A DNA stretch of 64,000 nt from Parcubacteria group bacterium Greene0416_36 (GCA_007375725.1 VMEV01000002.1:45992-109991); one strand, 5' to 3'. Shown: positions 30,295 to 40,303, counted from the first letter of the stretch. Made by a program: numbers and translations. Notes: generated by a model not told the origin, from the letters alone.

Positions 30295-30504
30295 CTAGTA
30301 TAAAATATTAACAAGGGCCAATATGAAAAAAGCGACCGAACACAGAATGGTGATACGGTGAATGATTTTTTCCGCTCCCCGTTTGGTCTGATAGAGGGCG
30401 CCGGAGCCCCCAAAAATGCCTCCCAAAGAAGATCCTTTTCCCTGAAGAAGAACCAGGACGATGAGAATGATTGATAATATGAGCTGTGTAATATCGAGAG
30501 CCAT
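30295..30504 (-). CDS. secG: preprotein translocase subunit SecG
   Basis: 69 aa, two TM helices, LLQGKGSSLGGIFGGSG...KRGAEK signature. Confidence 0.6.
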   Translation of the reverse strand: MALDITQLILSIILIVLVLLQGKGSSLGGIFGGSGALYQTKRGAEKIIHRITILCSVAFFILALVNILY

Positions 30505-30719
30505 AGAACTAAGTTATATAAGTCACAAGTTATAAATGACAAGTCATTAGTTATTTATCACGCCATAGTCCCGCCTTTTGCGGGGCGAAGGCGGACAAGT
30601 AGACAGCCAAGGGGAGAGGTGGTTTTATTTGTGATTTGTCATTTGTGACTTGTGATTTCTGTTGTTTAACATAGTCTACCATATCAAAATTCGCTTGTCG
30701 GTGTCAATCGAGACGAGTC

Positions 30720-31505
30720 GTGGATTCTAAATGTAAAAATGCGTATAATGCCTTTGATCTTACCTCGGTTTATTTTATGGAAGAGCAAAAAAATCCTCCG
30801 GACCGGAAATTTATCTCACAAATCTTATTTTTCGCCCTTTTGTTTCTAGTTCTTGTGGCTGTGGGAGCTGGAATTGCTTTGTATTCATTTTTTCAATCTG
30901 AAAAGTCGCTGGGGCCTGGCGAATTATCCGGAGGCGCCATAACGGTCACCGAGTATGGGGATCCGGTGATCGGCCCGGCCAATGCTCTTATATCGGTCTA
31001 TGAATTCTCAGATTTTTCTTGCTCTTTCTGTCGCCAATCAGCTGATAGTCTTCGTTCCATATTGCTTCGCTACGATGGAAAGGTAAAATGGGTTTATAAA
31101 GATTTTCCGATTGCCTCGCTTCATCCCAACGCAATGATAGCCGCTATGGCTGGAGCCTGCGCCCATGAGCAGGGAAAATTCGTGGCCATGCACGATGCGA
31201 TTTTTGCCAATCAGCAATATCAAAGCCGTGAGAATTTGATCCGATACGCCAAAACCGTGGGCCTCGGCCAATCCCAGTTTATCGAGTGTTTGGATTCCAG
31301 CAAATTCCAGTCCGAGGTGGAGAGCGATTTGCGCGAAGGGATATCTCTCGGTGTCACTGCCACCCCCACTTGGTTCATCAATGGGCAGAAGATTGAAGGG
31401 GCGTTGTCGGAGGAGGAGCTGGCCAAGATATTTGATCAAATTCTTGGAGAAATTAAGAATGAAGAATTAAGAATGAACAGCCAATTCACTGTTGTTCATT
31501 CTTAA
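30720..31505 (+). CDS. membrane-anchored DsbA-like thioredoxin-fold thiol-disulfide oxidoreductase
   Basis: CSFC active-site CxxC, single N-terminal TM; possible start at MEEQKNP ~30777. Confidence 0.55.
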   Translation: MDSKCKNAYNAFDLTSVYFMEEQKNPPDRKFISQILFFALLFLVLVAVGAGIALYSFFQSEKSLGPGELSGGAITVTEYGDPVIGPANALISVYEFSDFSCSFCRQSADSLRSILLRYDGKVKWVYKDFPIASLHPNAMIAAMAGACAHEQGKFVAMHDAIFANQQYQSRENLIRYAKTVGLGQSQFIECLDSSKFQSEVESDLREGISLGVTATPTWFINGQKIEGALSEEELAKIFDQILGEIKNEELRMNSQFTVVHS

Positions 31506-31526
31506 TTCTTAATTCTTCATTGTTTT

Positions 31527-32441
31527 TTGTGTATGCGTTCATTCCTCCTCTTCATCCTTTCTTTTGCTATCGGGACCGGCGTGTTTGCCTGGACCAATCC
31601 GACGGCCACGCCTCCTAATAATAATGTGGCGTTGTTTAGTCCTTGGCAGCCGAGCGGGAGTGATATTTTTTTTAGTGCGGGCAATGCAAGTGTGGGGACC
31701 AATACTGCTCTGACTCCGCTGACCCTCAAGGGCCCCCAGATTCCGGTTTTTTCGAGCGCGACTCGTGGAACCCTTACTGTTACGGGAGACTATACCGCCG
31801 GGCGTTATATGGCGATTGATTTTGCTTACAATCCAACGGCTAATCCGACCGCGCGTATTGCCGCGTATCATGATGGCGGAGGATCTCGATTATATTTGGG
31901 GACTTCTTCAAATTATGCCAGCGGTATTACTAGCTATGGTTTGACCGTGGATCCCAGCGGTAATGTGGGGGTAAAAATGTCGCCCAATGGGCCGACCTTG
32001 CATGTCAATGGCGCCATTGGAGCTACACAGTGGGTGGGAGCAGGGTGCGAGACAGGATGCAGTGCGGATGCTTATGTCCTCCTCTATCCCGATGGCCGAG
32101 GAGTGGCCACTACCGGCTGGCAGGTGGCTTCGGATGCACGCCTGAAGAAAAATGTGATTCCTCTTGGCGGCATGTTTGATAAAATTGAGCAATTACGGGC
32201 CGTGGAATTTGAATGGAAAGATCCCAAGAGGAATCAAGGCAAACAAATCGGATTCATCGCGCAGGAAGTGGAAAAAGTGATGCCTGTCTTGGTGAGCCAA
32301 GACATGACCGGATATAAAAATGTCAATTATGGCGTTGTCTCGGTCATGCTTGTAGAGGCCATGAAAGAAATGAACGCCAAGTATCAAAAACAAATCGAGA
32401 GTTTGGAAGAGAGAGTGAGGGAATTGGAGGGGCGAAAATAG
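31527..32441 (+). CDS. secreted tail-fibre-like protein with C-terminal intramolecular-chaperone (peptidase S74-like) domain
   Basis: C-term SDARLKKNVIPL...EWKDPKRNQGKQIGFIAQEVEKVMPVLVS matches endosialidase-chaperone pattern. Confidence 0.55.
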   Translation: MCMRSFLLFILSFAIGTGVFAWTNPTATPPNNNVALFSPWQPSGSDIFFSAGNASVGTNTALTPLTLKGPQIPVFSSATRGTLTVTGDYTAGRYMAIDFAYNPTANPTARIAAYHDGGGSRLYLGTSSNYASGITSYGLTVDPSGNVGVKMSPNGPTLHVNGAIGATQWVGAGCETGCSADAYVLLYPDGRGVATTGWQVASDARLKKNVIPLGGMFDKIEQLRAVEFEWKDPKRNQGKQIGFIAQEVEKVMPVLVSQDMTGYKNVNYGVVSVMLVEAMKEMNAKYQKQIESLEERVRELEGRK

Positions 32442-32490
32442 ACACATAAAAAATTGCAGGGGTAGGTTTCAAACTTACCCCTGTAATTTT

Positions 32491-33006
32491 TTATTCCACG
32501 ACCTCCGGCGCGAATTTCGGCAGTGGTCTATTATCAAAAAAATTGATTTCGGTGGCGTTGATTTCGGTTTCGTAGGTGAGGTCGTCGGTGGATGATATCT
32601 CTATATTGATTCCGGTTGTGAGAGAATTGATGGTTGGTGGATTATCTAGTGCGGGAAGAATGGGATTGTTTTTAAAAGCCACGGCGGTACTTAGAGACCA
32701 AGTTATTATTCTTTCGATGGGTGCTGGGATTCGGAGGGGGTGCAGTACGATTTGTGCCGTCTCTAGGACCATGGTTCGATTGGAAGCGTCCATGCTTCGG
32801 ATGATGCCTGAAATAGTATTGCTTGGCGCGGATGGATACAAATTATCCAAAAAATCGGTCGCTTGTTTTAGTTCGGAGCGTATTTTTTCTTTCTCCATTC
32901 TTTCCTGTCCGAGCCGGTGGTCCAGATTCCAGATGGCGTAACCTCCCGCAACCGATAGAGCGAGAAGACAAAAAAATACGAATAGATATTTGGCGGAAGG
33001 ATGCAT
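32491..33006 (-). CDS. hypothetical membrane-anchored protein
   Basis: N-terminal TM, 171 aa. Confidence 0.35.
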   Translation of the reverse strand: MHPSAKYLFVFFCLLALSVAGGYAIWNLDHRLGQERMEKEKIRSELKQATDFLDNLYPSAPSNTISGIIRSMDASNRTMVLETAQIVLHPLRIPAPIERIITWSLSTAVAFKNNPILPALDNPPTINSLTTGINIEISSTDDLTYETEINATEINFFDNRPLPKFAPEVVE

Positions 33007-33158
33007 ATAAAAAATTATTTATTTTCTGTCATTATAGTTTTTTTATTTGCGGGTGGGAAATGATATGCTAGGTGGTAGGAAGTAGTTGGTAGTGAGTAGG
33101 AAATAAAAATTACTATAACTACTCACTACTCCCTACAAACTACTCACTAATTTTTTCT

Positions 33159-33833
33159 ATGTATAAACGCATCATTCAACAATCCGCCGTCTCGATCATC
33201 ACCTTCGGCGTGTTGGTCGTGGGTTACAACGCCATGGGCGCAGCATGGGTGGGGCCGACGGCCAATCCGCCGGGCAATAACGCGGAAGCGCCCATCAATG
33301 TGGGAGCCGCCGCGCAGGTGAAATCTGGAAGCTTAGGGCTGGGGGTGGCAGTTCCTTCCGCGCCTCTTCATATTCAGGGAAATGGAGGGGTTTTACGCCT
33401 GCAGAGCAATGTGGCGGGGATTGCCGGCAGTGTGAATACAATGTTTTATGATAGCTCGGGAACTCGCCTCGGATATGTGGGGGACGCCTCTTCGGGGAAC
33501 AACCACATTTATCTCGGGTCAGATGTGGGGAATGTGTATCTGAATACTGCCGCGGGTGCCGGAGTGACCGTGACGGCCGGGGGCAATGTCGGCATCATGA
33601 ATGCCAGTCCGACGTCTCGATTGCAAGTGTCCGGCAATCTACGCGTTGATGGATCGATATGTTTTGGCACGGATTGCCGCAGTTCGTGGCCCATAATACC
33701 TGGCACTGGGACTGAAGAATATATTGTCACGAATACTACCGGATTTATTCGTTGTCCGAGCGGGAAAGTGATGACCGGAGTCGGATATTCTGCCTCGGGA
33801 GACGATCATGTCACTTATCTTATCTGTCGATAA
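33159..33833 (+). CDS. secreted tail-fibre-like repeat protein
   Basis: N-terminal AWVGPTANPPGNN motif shared with 31527 gene; GNVGI / SRLQVSGNLRV fibre-like repeats. Confidence 0.45.
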   Translation: MYKRIIQQSAVSIITFGVLVVGYNAMGAAWVGPTANPPGNNAEAPINVGAAAQVKSGSLGLGVAVPSAPLHIQGNGGVLRLQSNVAGIAGSVNTMFYDSSGTRLGYVGDASSGNNHIYLGSDVGNVYLNTAAGAGVTVTAGGNVGIMNASPTSRLQVSGNLRVDGSICFGTDCRSSWPIIPGTGTEEYIVTNTTGFIRCPSGKVMTGVGYSASGDDHVTYLICR

Positions 33834-33875
33834 GTAAAGCTTCGACACTTTGATTTCTTTAAATTATTTTGAATT

Positions 33876-34433
33876 ATGAACGAAAAATTACAAAATGTTC
33901 TTTTAATTTTTTTGATTGGGGCTGTACTGGCTTTGGGTTTTGTGTCTCTAAATTTGGCCAGAGATATAGGCGGCTTGAAAATGAGCAATGCACTGGTTAG
34001 AGGAGGCCAGGATATTGTAGCCACCCCATCACCGGATACCACTCCATCTGCAGAGATAAATATTGCATCTGATCTATCTCGCCTAGACACCGAGATAGAA
34101 AATCAAATCCGATCGGTGCAGGGCAATACCCATTCTGCTTTTGGGATAGTAAAATCGGTAGGAGACGCTCAATTGACGTTGGATTTGCGTTTACCCAGTT
34201 TGTCTTCTTTGAAAGGCATGGATTCTTCTATTGAGAAAAGAAATCTCGTTTTGAAATTGACTCAAGAAACCCTTTTCGACGGGATCAATCGGGTCGATAT
34301 CAAAGCCGGAGATGTTCTGGGTTTTGACTCCGTAGAGAGTGTTTATTCCGAGCGGGAGGTGTCGGCCAGAAGAGTTCTTTCTTTCCAGAATGCGGTTCTC
34401 GAGTATTTGGGAGGCACCTTGGTGGATGATTAA
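33876..34433 (+). CDS. hypothetical membrane-anchored protein
   Basis: N-terminal TM, 185 aa. Confidence 0.35.
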   Translation: MNEKLQNVLLIFLIGAVLALGFVSLNLARDIGGLKMSNALVRGGQDIVATPSPDTTPSAEINIASDLSRLDTEIENQIRSVQGNTHSAFGIVKSVGDAQLTLDLRLPSLSSLKGMDSSIEKRNLVLKLTQETLFDGINRVDIKAGDVLGFDSVESVYSEREVSARRVLSFQNAVLEYLGGTLVDD

Positions 34434-34493
34434 AGGAGGCATTAGGCTTTTAGGCATTAGCTTATTAGGGACAGCCTCATAGCCTAGCTTGTG

Positions 34494-35333
34494 TTAAATT
34501 TCTGATAATTGCATTACATTTTTGAGAAGAAAGGCCACCGTGAGTGGTCCTACTCCTCCAGGAACGGGGGAGACAAGAGATGCGCGATTTTTTACACTAT
34601 CAATATCCACATCTCCTACGATTTTTCTAGGAGCGATTTTATTGATTCCGACATCAATGATGATTGCTCCTTTTTTGATATTCTCGCCCCTGATCCATTG
34701 AGGCTTTCCGCATGCGGTCACGAAAATATCGGCATTTTTTGTGGCGTCGAAAATGTCGGTATCTCGGCAGGATTTCCATGAGCCGCCGATATTTTTATCG
34801 GCCAGAATTTTGAGAATGGGTTTGGAAAAGATTTCACTATTAGATGTGATGAGTGCATTTTTTCCCGCGAGATTTTGTCCTGTCGATTCGAGGAGAATCT
34901 TGATTCCCGCGGGGACGGGGGAGAGAATCGCGTCCGGGTCGCCTCGCAGGAATTTCTCCAGATTGGCGGGGTGGAAGCCATCGGCGTCTTTCTCGGGATC
35001 GATTGCCTGGATGGCTTGGTTGGGATTGAGTTGAGCGGGGAGTGGGAGCTGGAGGAGGATTCCGTGGACGGTTTTGTCTTCATTCAAATTTTGAATTTGT
35101 GCTGATAATTTTTTTTGCGTGGTATTTTTCCTCATTTTGAATAATCGAAACTCCACCCCGATTTTTTGGCAGGCTTTTTGTTTGAGCGCGATATATGTTT
35201 TGGAAGAGGGATCTTGGCCAACTAAAATAGCCGCTAAAATGGGTTTTAGCTGTTTTGAGGATATTTCAATTCGTAACTCATCCAGGATTTTTTCGGCGAG
35301 CACTCGGCCGGGGAGGAGGGGCATAGTTGACAA
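34494..35333 (-). CDS. folD: bifunctional methylenetetrahydrofolate dehydrogenase/cyclohydrolase
   Basis: ILVGQDPSSKTYIALKQKACQKIG and VPGGVGPLTVAFL motifs. Confidence 0.85.
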   Translation of the reverse strand: MSTMPLLPGRVLAEKILDELRIEISSKQLKPILAAILVGQDPSSKTYIALKQKACQKIGVEFRLFKMRKNTTQKKLSAQIQNLNEDKTVHGILLQLPLPAQLNPNQAIQAIDPEKDADGFHPANLEKFLRGDPDAILSPVPAGIKILLESTGQNLAGKNALITSNSEIFSKPILKILADKNIGGSWKSCRDTDIFDATKNADIFVTACGKPQWIRGENIKKGAIIIDVGINKIAPRKIVGDVDIDSVKNRASLVSPVPGGVGPLTVAFLLKNVMQLSEI

Positions 35334-35402
35334 AAATATTTAAAAATGATAGTATATCTATACCATTCTGTTTAAAGATATCAGATTTTTTGGAGATATT
35401 CC

Positions 35403-35873
35403 ATGAAAATACTCACAATTATTGTTTTTTTGATTTGTTCTGTTTCCATTTTTGGGGCTTATTGTGGGAAGAATCTTGTTCCTAGACGTGTAAAGGCTGT
35501 TAAACCTGTATTGGTTGAAATCGATTTTAATGATTGTTTTTGGGAAACTGGAAAATATGAATGCCTTCGGGCTGACGGGTCTATCAGTGATACTAATATT
35601 CAATTTGAGATAGTCAAAGTAGCTGGTGGTGGTGAGATTCGTTTTAGTATTGATGACTCTTCCATCGAATTGACTCAGGCTCAATTGAAACATAAATCAG
35701 CTCCGAGGTTGGGTTTTAAGATAGAGAAGGAAAATGGCGTATTTATTGCTCGTGTTCCAAAGATTGTCATTGAGCAGGGCTATTTTTTTGATGGTCTTGT
35801 GATCGGAAATCGTAATGGCGGTGGTCATAAATGGATTGTGCCTTATCAAATAATTAGAAAAAATAGAAAATAA
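35403..35873 (+). CDS. hypothetical secreted protein
   Basis: signal peptide, 156 aa. Confidence 0.35.
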   Translation: MKILTIIVFLICSVSIFGAYCGKNLVPRRVKAVKPVLVEIDFNDCFWETGKYECLRADGSISDTNIQFEIVKVAGGGEIRFSIDDSSIELTQAQLKHKSAPRLGFKIEKENGVFIARVPKIVIEQGYFFDGLVIGNRNGGGHKWIVPYQIIRKNRK

Positions 35874-36008
35874 AAAAGAAAGGAATACCAGCGCGTCAGC
35901 ACTAAATTTGACGGCTGGTTTTTTGATTTTATCCTAAAAAAGTTCAAGCCATCGCGCAGGTTTGCGGATGGCTTTTTCGGTGCCTAACTTATTAGAAGTT
36001 TTAGGCTT

Positions 36009-36491
36009 TTAGGCAGGGACGGTCTCGGCTTCATGAGTTTCAAGTGTCATTTCTTGCGTGGTAGGAACAGGGTGATTGTTTTGATTTGTCATGTTTACAA
36101 TCAAGCGTTCTACAGGAAAGTCAAGGCCATTGGCAAGTATTGTCCTATTTCCTAGCCCATCGGTTTTGCGGTTAAAGGGACCGAGGCTGGAGACGGACAC
36201 GGCTCGGATTGGAAATTCGTTGTGGGAGAGCGATTCGATTTTTCCGGTGTATATGCCAGAAAAAAGGGATAAGTCGATGTTGCTGGTGAGTGGTTTGGTT
36301 TCGAAAAAATTTATTGTAGGCAATGGAGCCTTGATATTTTCAGCGAACCACCTTTTGAGTGCTTGCTCGGGGGTTTCGCCATCGAGTACTTCGCCACCAA
36401 AAAGCTCGTGGTGCCAGCGGTCATTGATTTTCATGACGAGAATCTGGTTCTCGTCAGTGAAAAGAACCAGTCGAACCCAATTTTTCTTCAT
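36009..36491 (-). CDS. probable NUDIX hydrolase
   Basis: approximate Nudix box FGGEVLDGETPEQALKRWFAENIK; start taken at internal Met MKKNWVRL. Confidence 0.45.
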   Translation of the reverse strand: MKKNWVRLVLFTDENQILVMKINDRWHHELFGGEVLDGETPEQALKRWFAENIKAPLPTINFFETKPLTSNIDLSLFSGIYTGKIESLSHNEFPIRAVSVSSLGPFNRKTDGLGNRTILANGLDFPVERLIVNMTNQNNHPVPTTQEMTLETHEAETVPA

Positions 36492-36684
36492 CTTAAATCC
36501 TCCCTTTAAATAAATATTCTCTAAAAATATAGAGTAGAGGTTAGAGAAAAAAGAACCGCGATTCATACTAGAATCTTACAAAGAAGAGTAGCATGGGGAG
36601 GGGATTTTTGACAATGATTTATTTTTTGATTTTTTATCAAAATGGGTTCAAGATAAAAAAGGTAGATTCTAACTAAAGTATTTT

Positions 36685-36843
36685 ATGAGCAAACAAACTG
36701 TGGGAGAAATAAAAAATGATTTAGAAGAGGACGATTTGGATTCTTCAATTTTAGATTCAGCTATTAAAGAAGCCTTGGACGATTTGAAAAACGGGCGTGT
36801 TCATTCACATGAAGAAGTTTGTAAATTGTTTGGGATTAAATGA
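36685..36843 (+). CDS. small acidic protein (52 aa), below ORF-track cutoff
   Basis: ATG..TGA intact, ends directly at the 36872 hairpin; weak resemblance to small antitoxin-like proteins. Confidence 0.3.
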   Translation: MSKQTVGEIKNDLEEDDLDSSILDSAIKEALDDLKNGRVHSHEEVCKLFGIK

Positions 36844-36871
36844 AATTTGAGAGATTTTTTATAAAAAAATA

Positions 36872-36899
36872 GTAGAGACGCGCCATGGCGCGTCTCTAC
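36872..36899. terminator. REP hairpin GTAGAGACGCGCCATGGCGCGTCTCTAC flanked by A-run/T-run (bidirectional terminator, family C)
   Basis: perfect 28 bp palindrome between convergent small ORF and glyA; same core as 8462-8489. Confidence 0.6.
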
Positions 36900-36917
36900 T
36901 ATTTTTTTATGATCTCT

Positions 36918-38165
36918 CTAAATATATTTCACCCCCTCATAAAGCGGAAATTTTTCCGTCATCTTCTCCACTTCTTTTTTCACTTCTGCGTGGATATTCG
37001 TGTCGTCAATATTTTCCAAGACGCGCACGATCCAGTGTCCGACTTGCTCCATTTCTTTTTCCTTCATCCCGCGGGTTGTAAGAGCCGGGGTGCCGATGCG
37101 CAGTCCTCCCGGATCCTGTGGGGGGCGAGAGTCAAAAGGCACGGCGTTTTTGTTGGTGTGGATTCCGGCCACGTCAAGGGCGTCTTGAGCCTGTTTTCCG
37201 GAGAGATTTTTATTGGCGAGGTCGATTAAAATAAGATGATTGTCCGATCCGCCGGAGACGAGAGTGAAGTCGTGCTCACGGAGAATATTACAGAGAATTT
37301 GAGTATTGAGAAGGATTTGCTTGGAATACTGCTTGAATTCGTCCGTCATGGCCTCGGCAAAACACACCGCTTTTCCGGCGATGATGTGCTCGAGAGGGCC
37401 CCCCTGAAGGCCAGGGAAGATGGCCTTGTCGATTTTGGAGGCGATATCTTTGTCATTGGAGAGAATGAGTCCGCCTCGAGGACCTCGGAGGGTTTTGTGA
37501 GTCGTTGAAGTTACCACATGCGCATGTGGTATTGGGTTGGAGTGGACTCCTGCGGCGACAAGTCCGGCGATATGGGCCATGTCCACCATGAAGAGGGCTC
37601 CGATTTCGTCGGCGATCGCTCGAAAAGCGGGGAAGTCCCATTCGCGCGAGTAGGCCGAAGCGCCGGCGAGAATCATTTTGGGTTTGAGTTCGAGGGCGAT
37701 TTTACGAACTTCCTCCATATCAATTCGTCCGGTTTTGGGACTCGCGCTGTAGAATGAGAATTTGAAAAGTTTTCCCGAAAAGTTGACCGGGTGTCCGTGA
37801 GTGAGGTGTCCTCCGTGATCGAGTTTGAGCGAGAGAATCGTATCGCCAGGTTGAAGGAGCGCCAAATATACCGCCATATTAGCCTGCGAACCCGCGTGTG
37901 GCTGAACATTGGCATAGGCACATCCGAAAAGCTTTTTCGCGCGGTCAATCGCCAGTTTTTCGATCTCGTCAATCCACTCATTGCCGCCATAATAGCGTTT
38001 GCCTGGGTAACCTTCCGCGTATTTATTGGTCAGCACGGATCCTGCGGCTTCCAGCACCGCTTCGGACGTATAATTTTCCGACGCAATCATCTCGAGTCCG
38101 TTTCGCTGGCGCGCGAGTTCGTTTTGGAGGAATTGGGCGAGGATGGGGTCGCGATGGGAGAGCAT
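36918..38165 (-). CDS. glyA: serine hydroxymethyltransferase
   Basis: PLP-lysine region [28 protein letters not shown]. Confidence 0.9.
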   Translation of the reverse strand: MLSHRDPILAQFLQNELARQRNGLEMIASENYTSEAVLEAAGSVLTNKYAEGYPGKRYYGGNEWIDEIEKLAIDRAKKLFGCAYANVQPHAGSQANMAVYLALLQPGDTILSLKLDHGGHLTHGHPVNFSGKLFKFSFYSASPKTGRIDMEEVRKIALELKPKMILAGASAYSREWDFPAFRAIADEIGALFMVDMAHIAGLVAAGVHSNPIPHAHVVTSTTHKTLRGPRGGLILSNDKDIASKIDKAIFPGLQGGPLEHIIAGKAVCFAEAMTDEFKQYSKQILLNTQILCNILREHDFTLVSGGSDNHLILIDLANKNLSGKQAQDALDVAGIHTNKNAVPFDSRPPQDPGGLRIGTPALTTRGMKEKEMEQVGHWIVRVLENIDDTNIHAEVKKEVEKMTEKFPLYEGVKYI

Positions 38166-38297
38166 AGGGAATTAAAAATTAAGAATGAAGAATGAAGAAT
38201 GAAGAATTTTCTGCAACCTTATCAAATATAAAGGGGTTTGGACAGTTGCAAAATGATTTATTTTGTGTATAATTATCTAATTATTATCAGACAATTT

Positions 38298-38594
38298 ATG
38301 AATTTAAATTTTGTATCCACCACTCAGCTACAAAAAAATCCCAGTAAAGTATTGAATGAAGAAGGTATTCAAATTGTGCTTAAAAATAATCAGATGCAGG
38401 GGGTTATTTTTTCGGCTAAAATTGCCAAGCGTTTTTTGGATTTAGCCACATTGAGGCAGATTCAGGAGGAGCTTTATGAAATGTCGGATCCCGAGACGGT
38501 CAAAGTGATTGAAGAAGGCCGATCGGGAAAGAAAAAAGGCGTGGATTTTTTTGATTTCATGAAACAATATGGCGTACAAGGTAGAAAACGTTAG
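38298..38594 (+). CDS. small protein, possible Phd/YefM-like antitoxin fold
   Basis: N-term FVSTTQLQKNPSKVL...IQIVLKNNQMQGVIFS pattern; start at internal Met of ORF 38238. Confidence 0.3.
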   Translation: MNLNFVSTTQLQKNPSKVLNEEGIQIVLKNNQMQGVIFSAKIAKRFLDLATLRQIQEELYEMSDPETVKVIEEGRSGKKKGVDFFDFMKQYGVQGRKR

Positions 38595-38643
38595 TTTATC
38601 AATTGTGATCATGGTTTGAATTTAAAAATGTTATCTTAATACT

Positions 38644-38994
38644 ATGCCCCTTTATTTGATAGAAGAACCGATTTCTATTGAAAGGCTGAAAGAAATTGCC
38701 AGTGAACGTTTTGGTGATATGGTTAAAGTTGTTGTAGATATTGAAAAAGGGGCTATGGTTGTAGGGGGAGAATTGCATGCTGATGAAGAATCAGATCTGA
38801 TCGGAAGAGGATCGATGCAGGAAAATTTATGGGGGATCAATTTATATCCCGACATTACCGGAGAGAATTGGCTAGAATTTGATTCAATGATCAATGTTCG
38901 TCCTAGGCAAAATAATCGTACTCGAGGGGTTGAGGACCCTGATATTAGAGAGAAAATCAATCGCCTTGTTGATCAATTGGTGAAGCGATCATGA
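38644..38994 (+). CDS. hypothetical protein
   Basis: 116 aa; overlaps next ORF by 4 nt (ATGA). Confidence 0.35.
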   Translation: MPLYLIEEPISIERLKEIASERFGDMVKVVVDIEKGAMVVGGELHADEESDLIGRGSMQENLWGINLYPDITGENWLEFDSMINVRPRQNNRTRGVEDPDIREKINRLVDQLVKRS

Positions 38995-39332
38995 TTTTAG
39001 ATTTTATGAACACTATGCACTCTGTAGAAAATTGGCATGTATTATCTCTGTCTTCTCAGATGGGCAATATTGGCAGTGAAATTTCAAGGGCAAAAAATTG
39101 GAGAGGCCGAAATGATATTCAATATATAAAAGCATTGGAACGAGCTTTTGAATTGTTGGATTTGACATTATCGGATCCCGCACGAAATCATCAGCTTCGT
39201 GAAATTTCCAGAGTGCGCGAAGTTCTCGCTGATATTTATCTCGGATCGTTTGAATATAAAACCACTCTCGAAGATTTAGACCGCTATTTCATGCCCTTTG
39301 CGATTGTCGCAAGAAAAGAAATGAATCGATAA
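38991..39332 (+). CDS. hypothetical protein
   Basis: 113 aa, translationally coupled to 38644 gene. Confidence 0.35.
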   Translation: MILDFMNTMHSVENWHVLSLSSQMGNIGSEISRAKNWRGRNDIQYIKALERAFELLDLTLSDPARNHQLREISRVREVLADIYLGSFEYKTTLEDLDRYFMPFAIVARKEMNR

Positions 39333-39336
39333 ATTT

Positions 39337-39579
39337 ATGAGCGAATCCAAAAAACGCCTCAAACTCGTAGTGACTGAAAAATGTATCGGGTGCGTGACCT
39401 GTGAGGTTTTGTGCCCCGAAGTTTTCAAACTCGAAAACGACGGCCGCGCCCACATCAAAGACGGCTTCGACGCGGAGAAAAATAAAAAGGGCATCGACGA
39501 GTCGATATTGGCGTGCCCGACTCAGGCGATTGAGTGGCAGTCTGAGGACACCCCGTCATCCCCGAATTCTGCAGCGTGA
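39337..39579 (+). CDS. small ferredoxin
   Basis: CIGCVTCEVLCP ... ACPTQAI cysteine pattern. Confidence 0.6.
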   Translation: MSESKKRLKLVVTEKCIGCVTCEVLCPEVFKLENDGRAHIKDGFDAEKNKKGIDESILACPTQAIEWQSEDTPSSPNSAA

Positions 39580-39658
39580 TTTTTTGACACGGTAAGTTTG
39601 GATCGGGGATCTCAGGTCCCTAAAATTTTTTTATCGGTATTCACACGACCGCAAAAAA

Positions 39659-39688
39659 GGTAAGGGCTCAAAATTTTGAGCCCTTACC
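39659..39688. repeat. hairpin GGTAAGGGCTCAAAATTTTGAGCCCTTACC + T-run; core of ~100 bp repeat unit E (copy 1, ~39632-39733)
   Basis: whole ~100 bp unit duplicated at ~40274-40378. Confidence 0.55.
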
Positions 39689-39776
39689 TTTTTTAGATGG
39701 GGGGAATAATTTGAGAATAAAAAAATCAGAACCTTGGATGGTCTGAAATTTTGTGAGGTGGAGTAGTCCTCTGGTT

Positions 39777-40067
39777 TTATTTTTCTTTCTTTAGATACTC
39801 CGTCAAAGCTTCAACCATGATTGTTGATATGGCTTCTTCTTTGTTCTCTGGATTCTTAGTATAAGCGATCTGTACCAATTTGTTGTAGAGAGGAGAGGTA
39901 CATCCTCCTTGGAAAAAAGTATCGAGATGTATTTTTATACCGTTTCTTATTAGTGTACTTATCTGCACTTCTGTTATGGTTGATGTTTTTCGGATTTTCT
40001 CGAAGAATTCTTTTTCGAAAGCAATACTATGAATCACTTTCTTTTCTTTTTTTGTTTTTGCTAGCAT
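39777..40067 (-). CDS. hypothetical small protein
   Basis: 96 aa ORF between repeat E copy 1 and 56-bp motif copy A. Confidence 0.3.
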   Translation of the reverse strand: MLAKTKKEKKVIHSIAFEKEFFEKIRKTSTITEVQISTLIRNGIKIHLDTFFQGGCTSPLYNKLVQIAYTKNPENKEEAISTIMVEALTEYLKKEK

Positions 40068-40132
40068 TTTATACCCTTTTTATTTGTGGATTTAGGATCT
40101 GAACACTGAAATCTTTTTACTATAGATCTTAT

Positions 40133-40190
40133 TTTTTGTCAATATACCCATCCTCCTCATTATTTTGTAAGATAGGCGGGAATTGGGGAA
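40133..40190. repeat. ~56 bp conserved motif TTTGTCAATATACCCATCCTCCTCATTATTTTGTAAGATAGGCGGGAATTGGGGAA (copy A)
   Basis: repeated at 40866-40922 (abutting RAYT start) and 45318-45377. Confidence 0.5.
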
Positions 40191-40303
40191 GGTAGAGATA
40201 AAATACGAATTAATGATTAGGTCTTTAGGCCCGCTTTAGGGCGAAGTGGGAGGATCTCATCTACTTGGGGTCTCTTATCGATACTCACTTGACGGCTAAA
40301 AAA

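Noticed and set aside
30201-30542. Long N-terminal extension of the 28308-30542 solute-binding-protein ORF
   Set aside because: It overlaps, in another frame, a convincing secG (30295-30504). The SBP most likely starts at Met ~30200 just before its TM anchor.
31527-33833. Prophage call based on tail-fibre / S74 chaperone domains
   Set aside because: No capsid, portal, terminase, integrase or att-like repeats are nearby. Flanking genes are host housekeeping (dsbA-like, folD), so these are treated as host fibre-like proteins.
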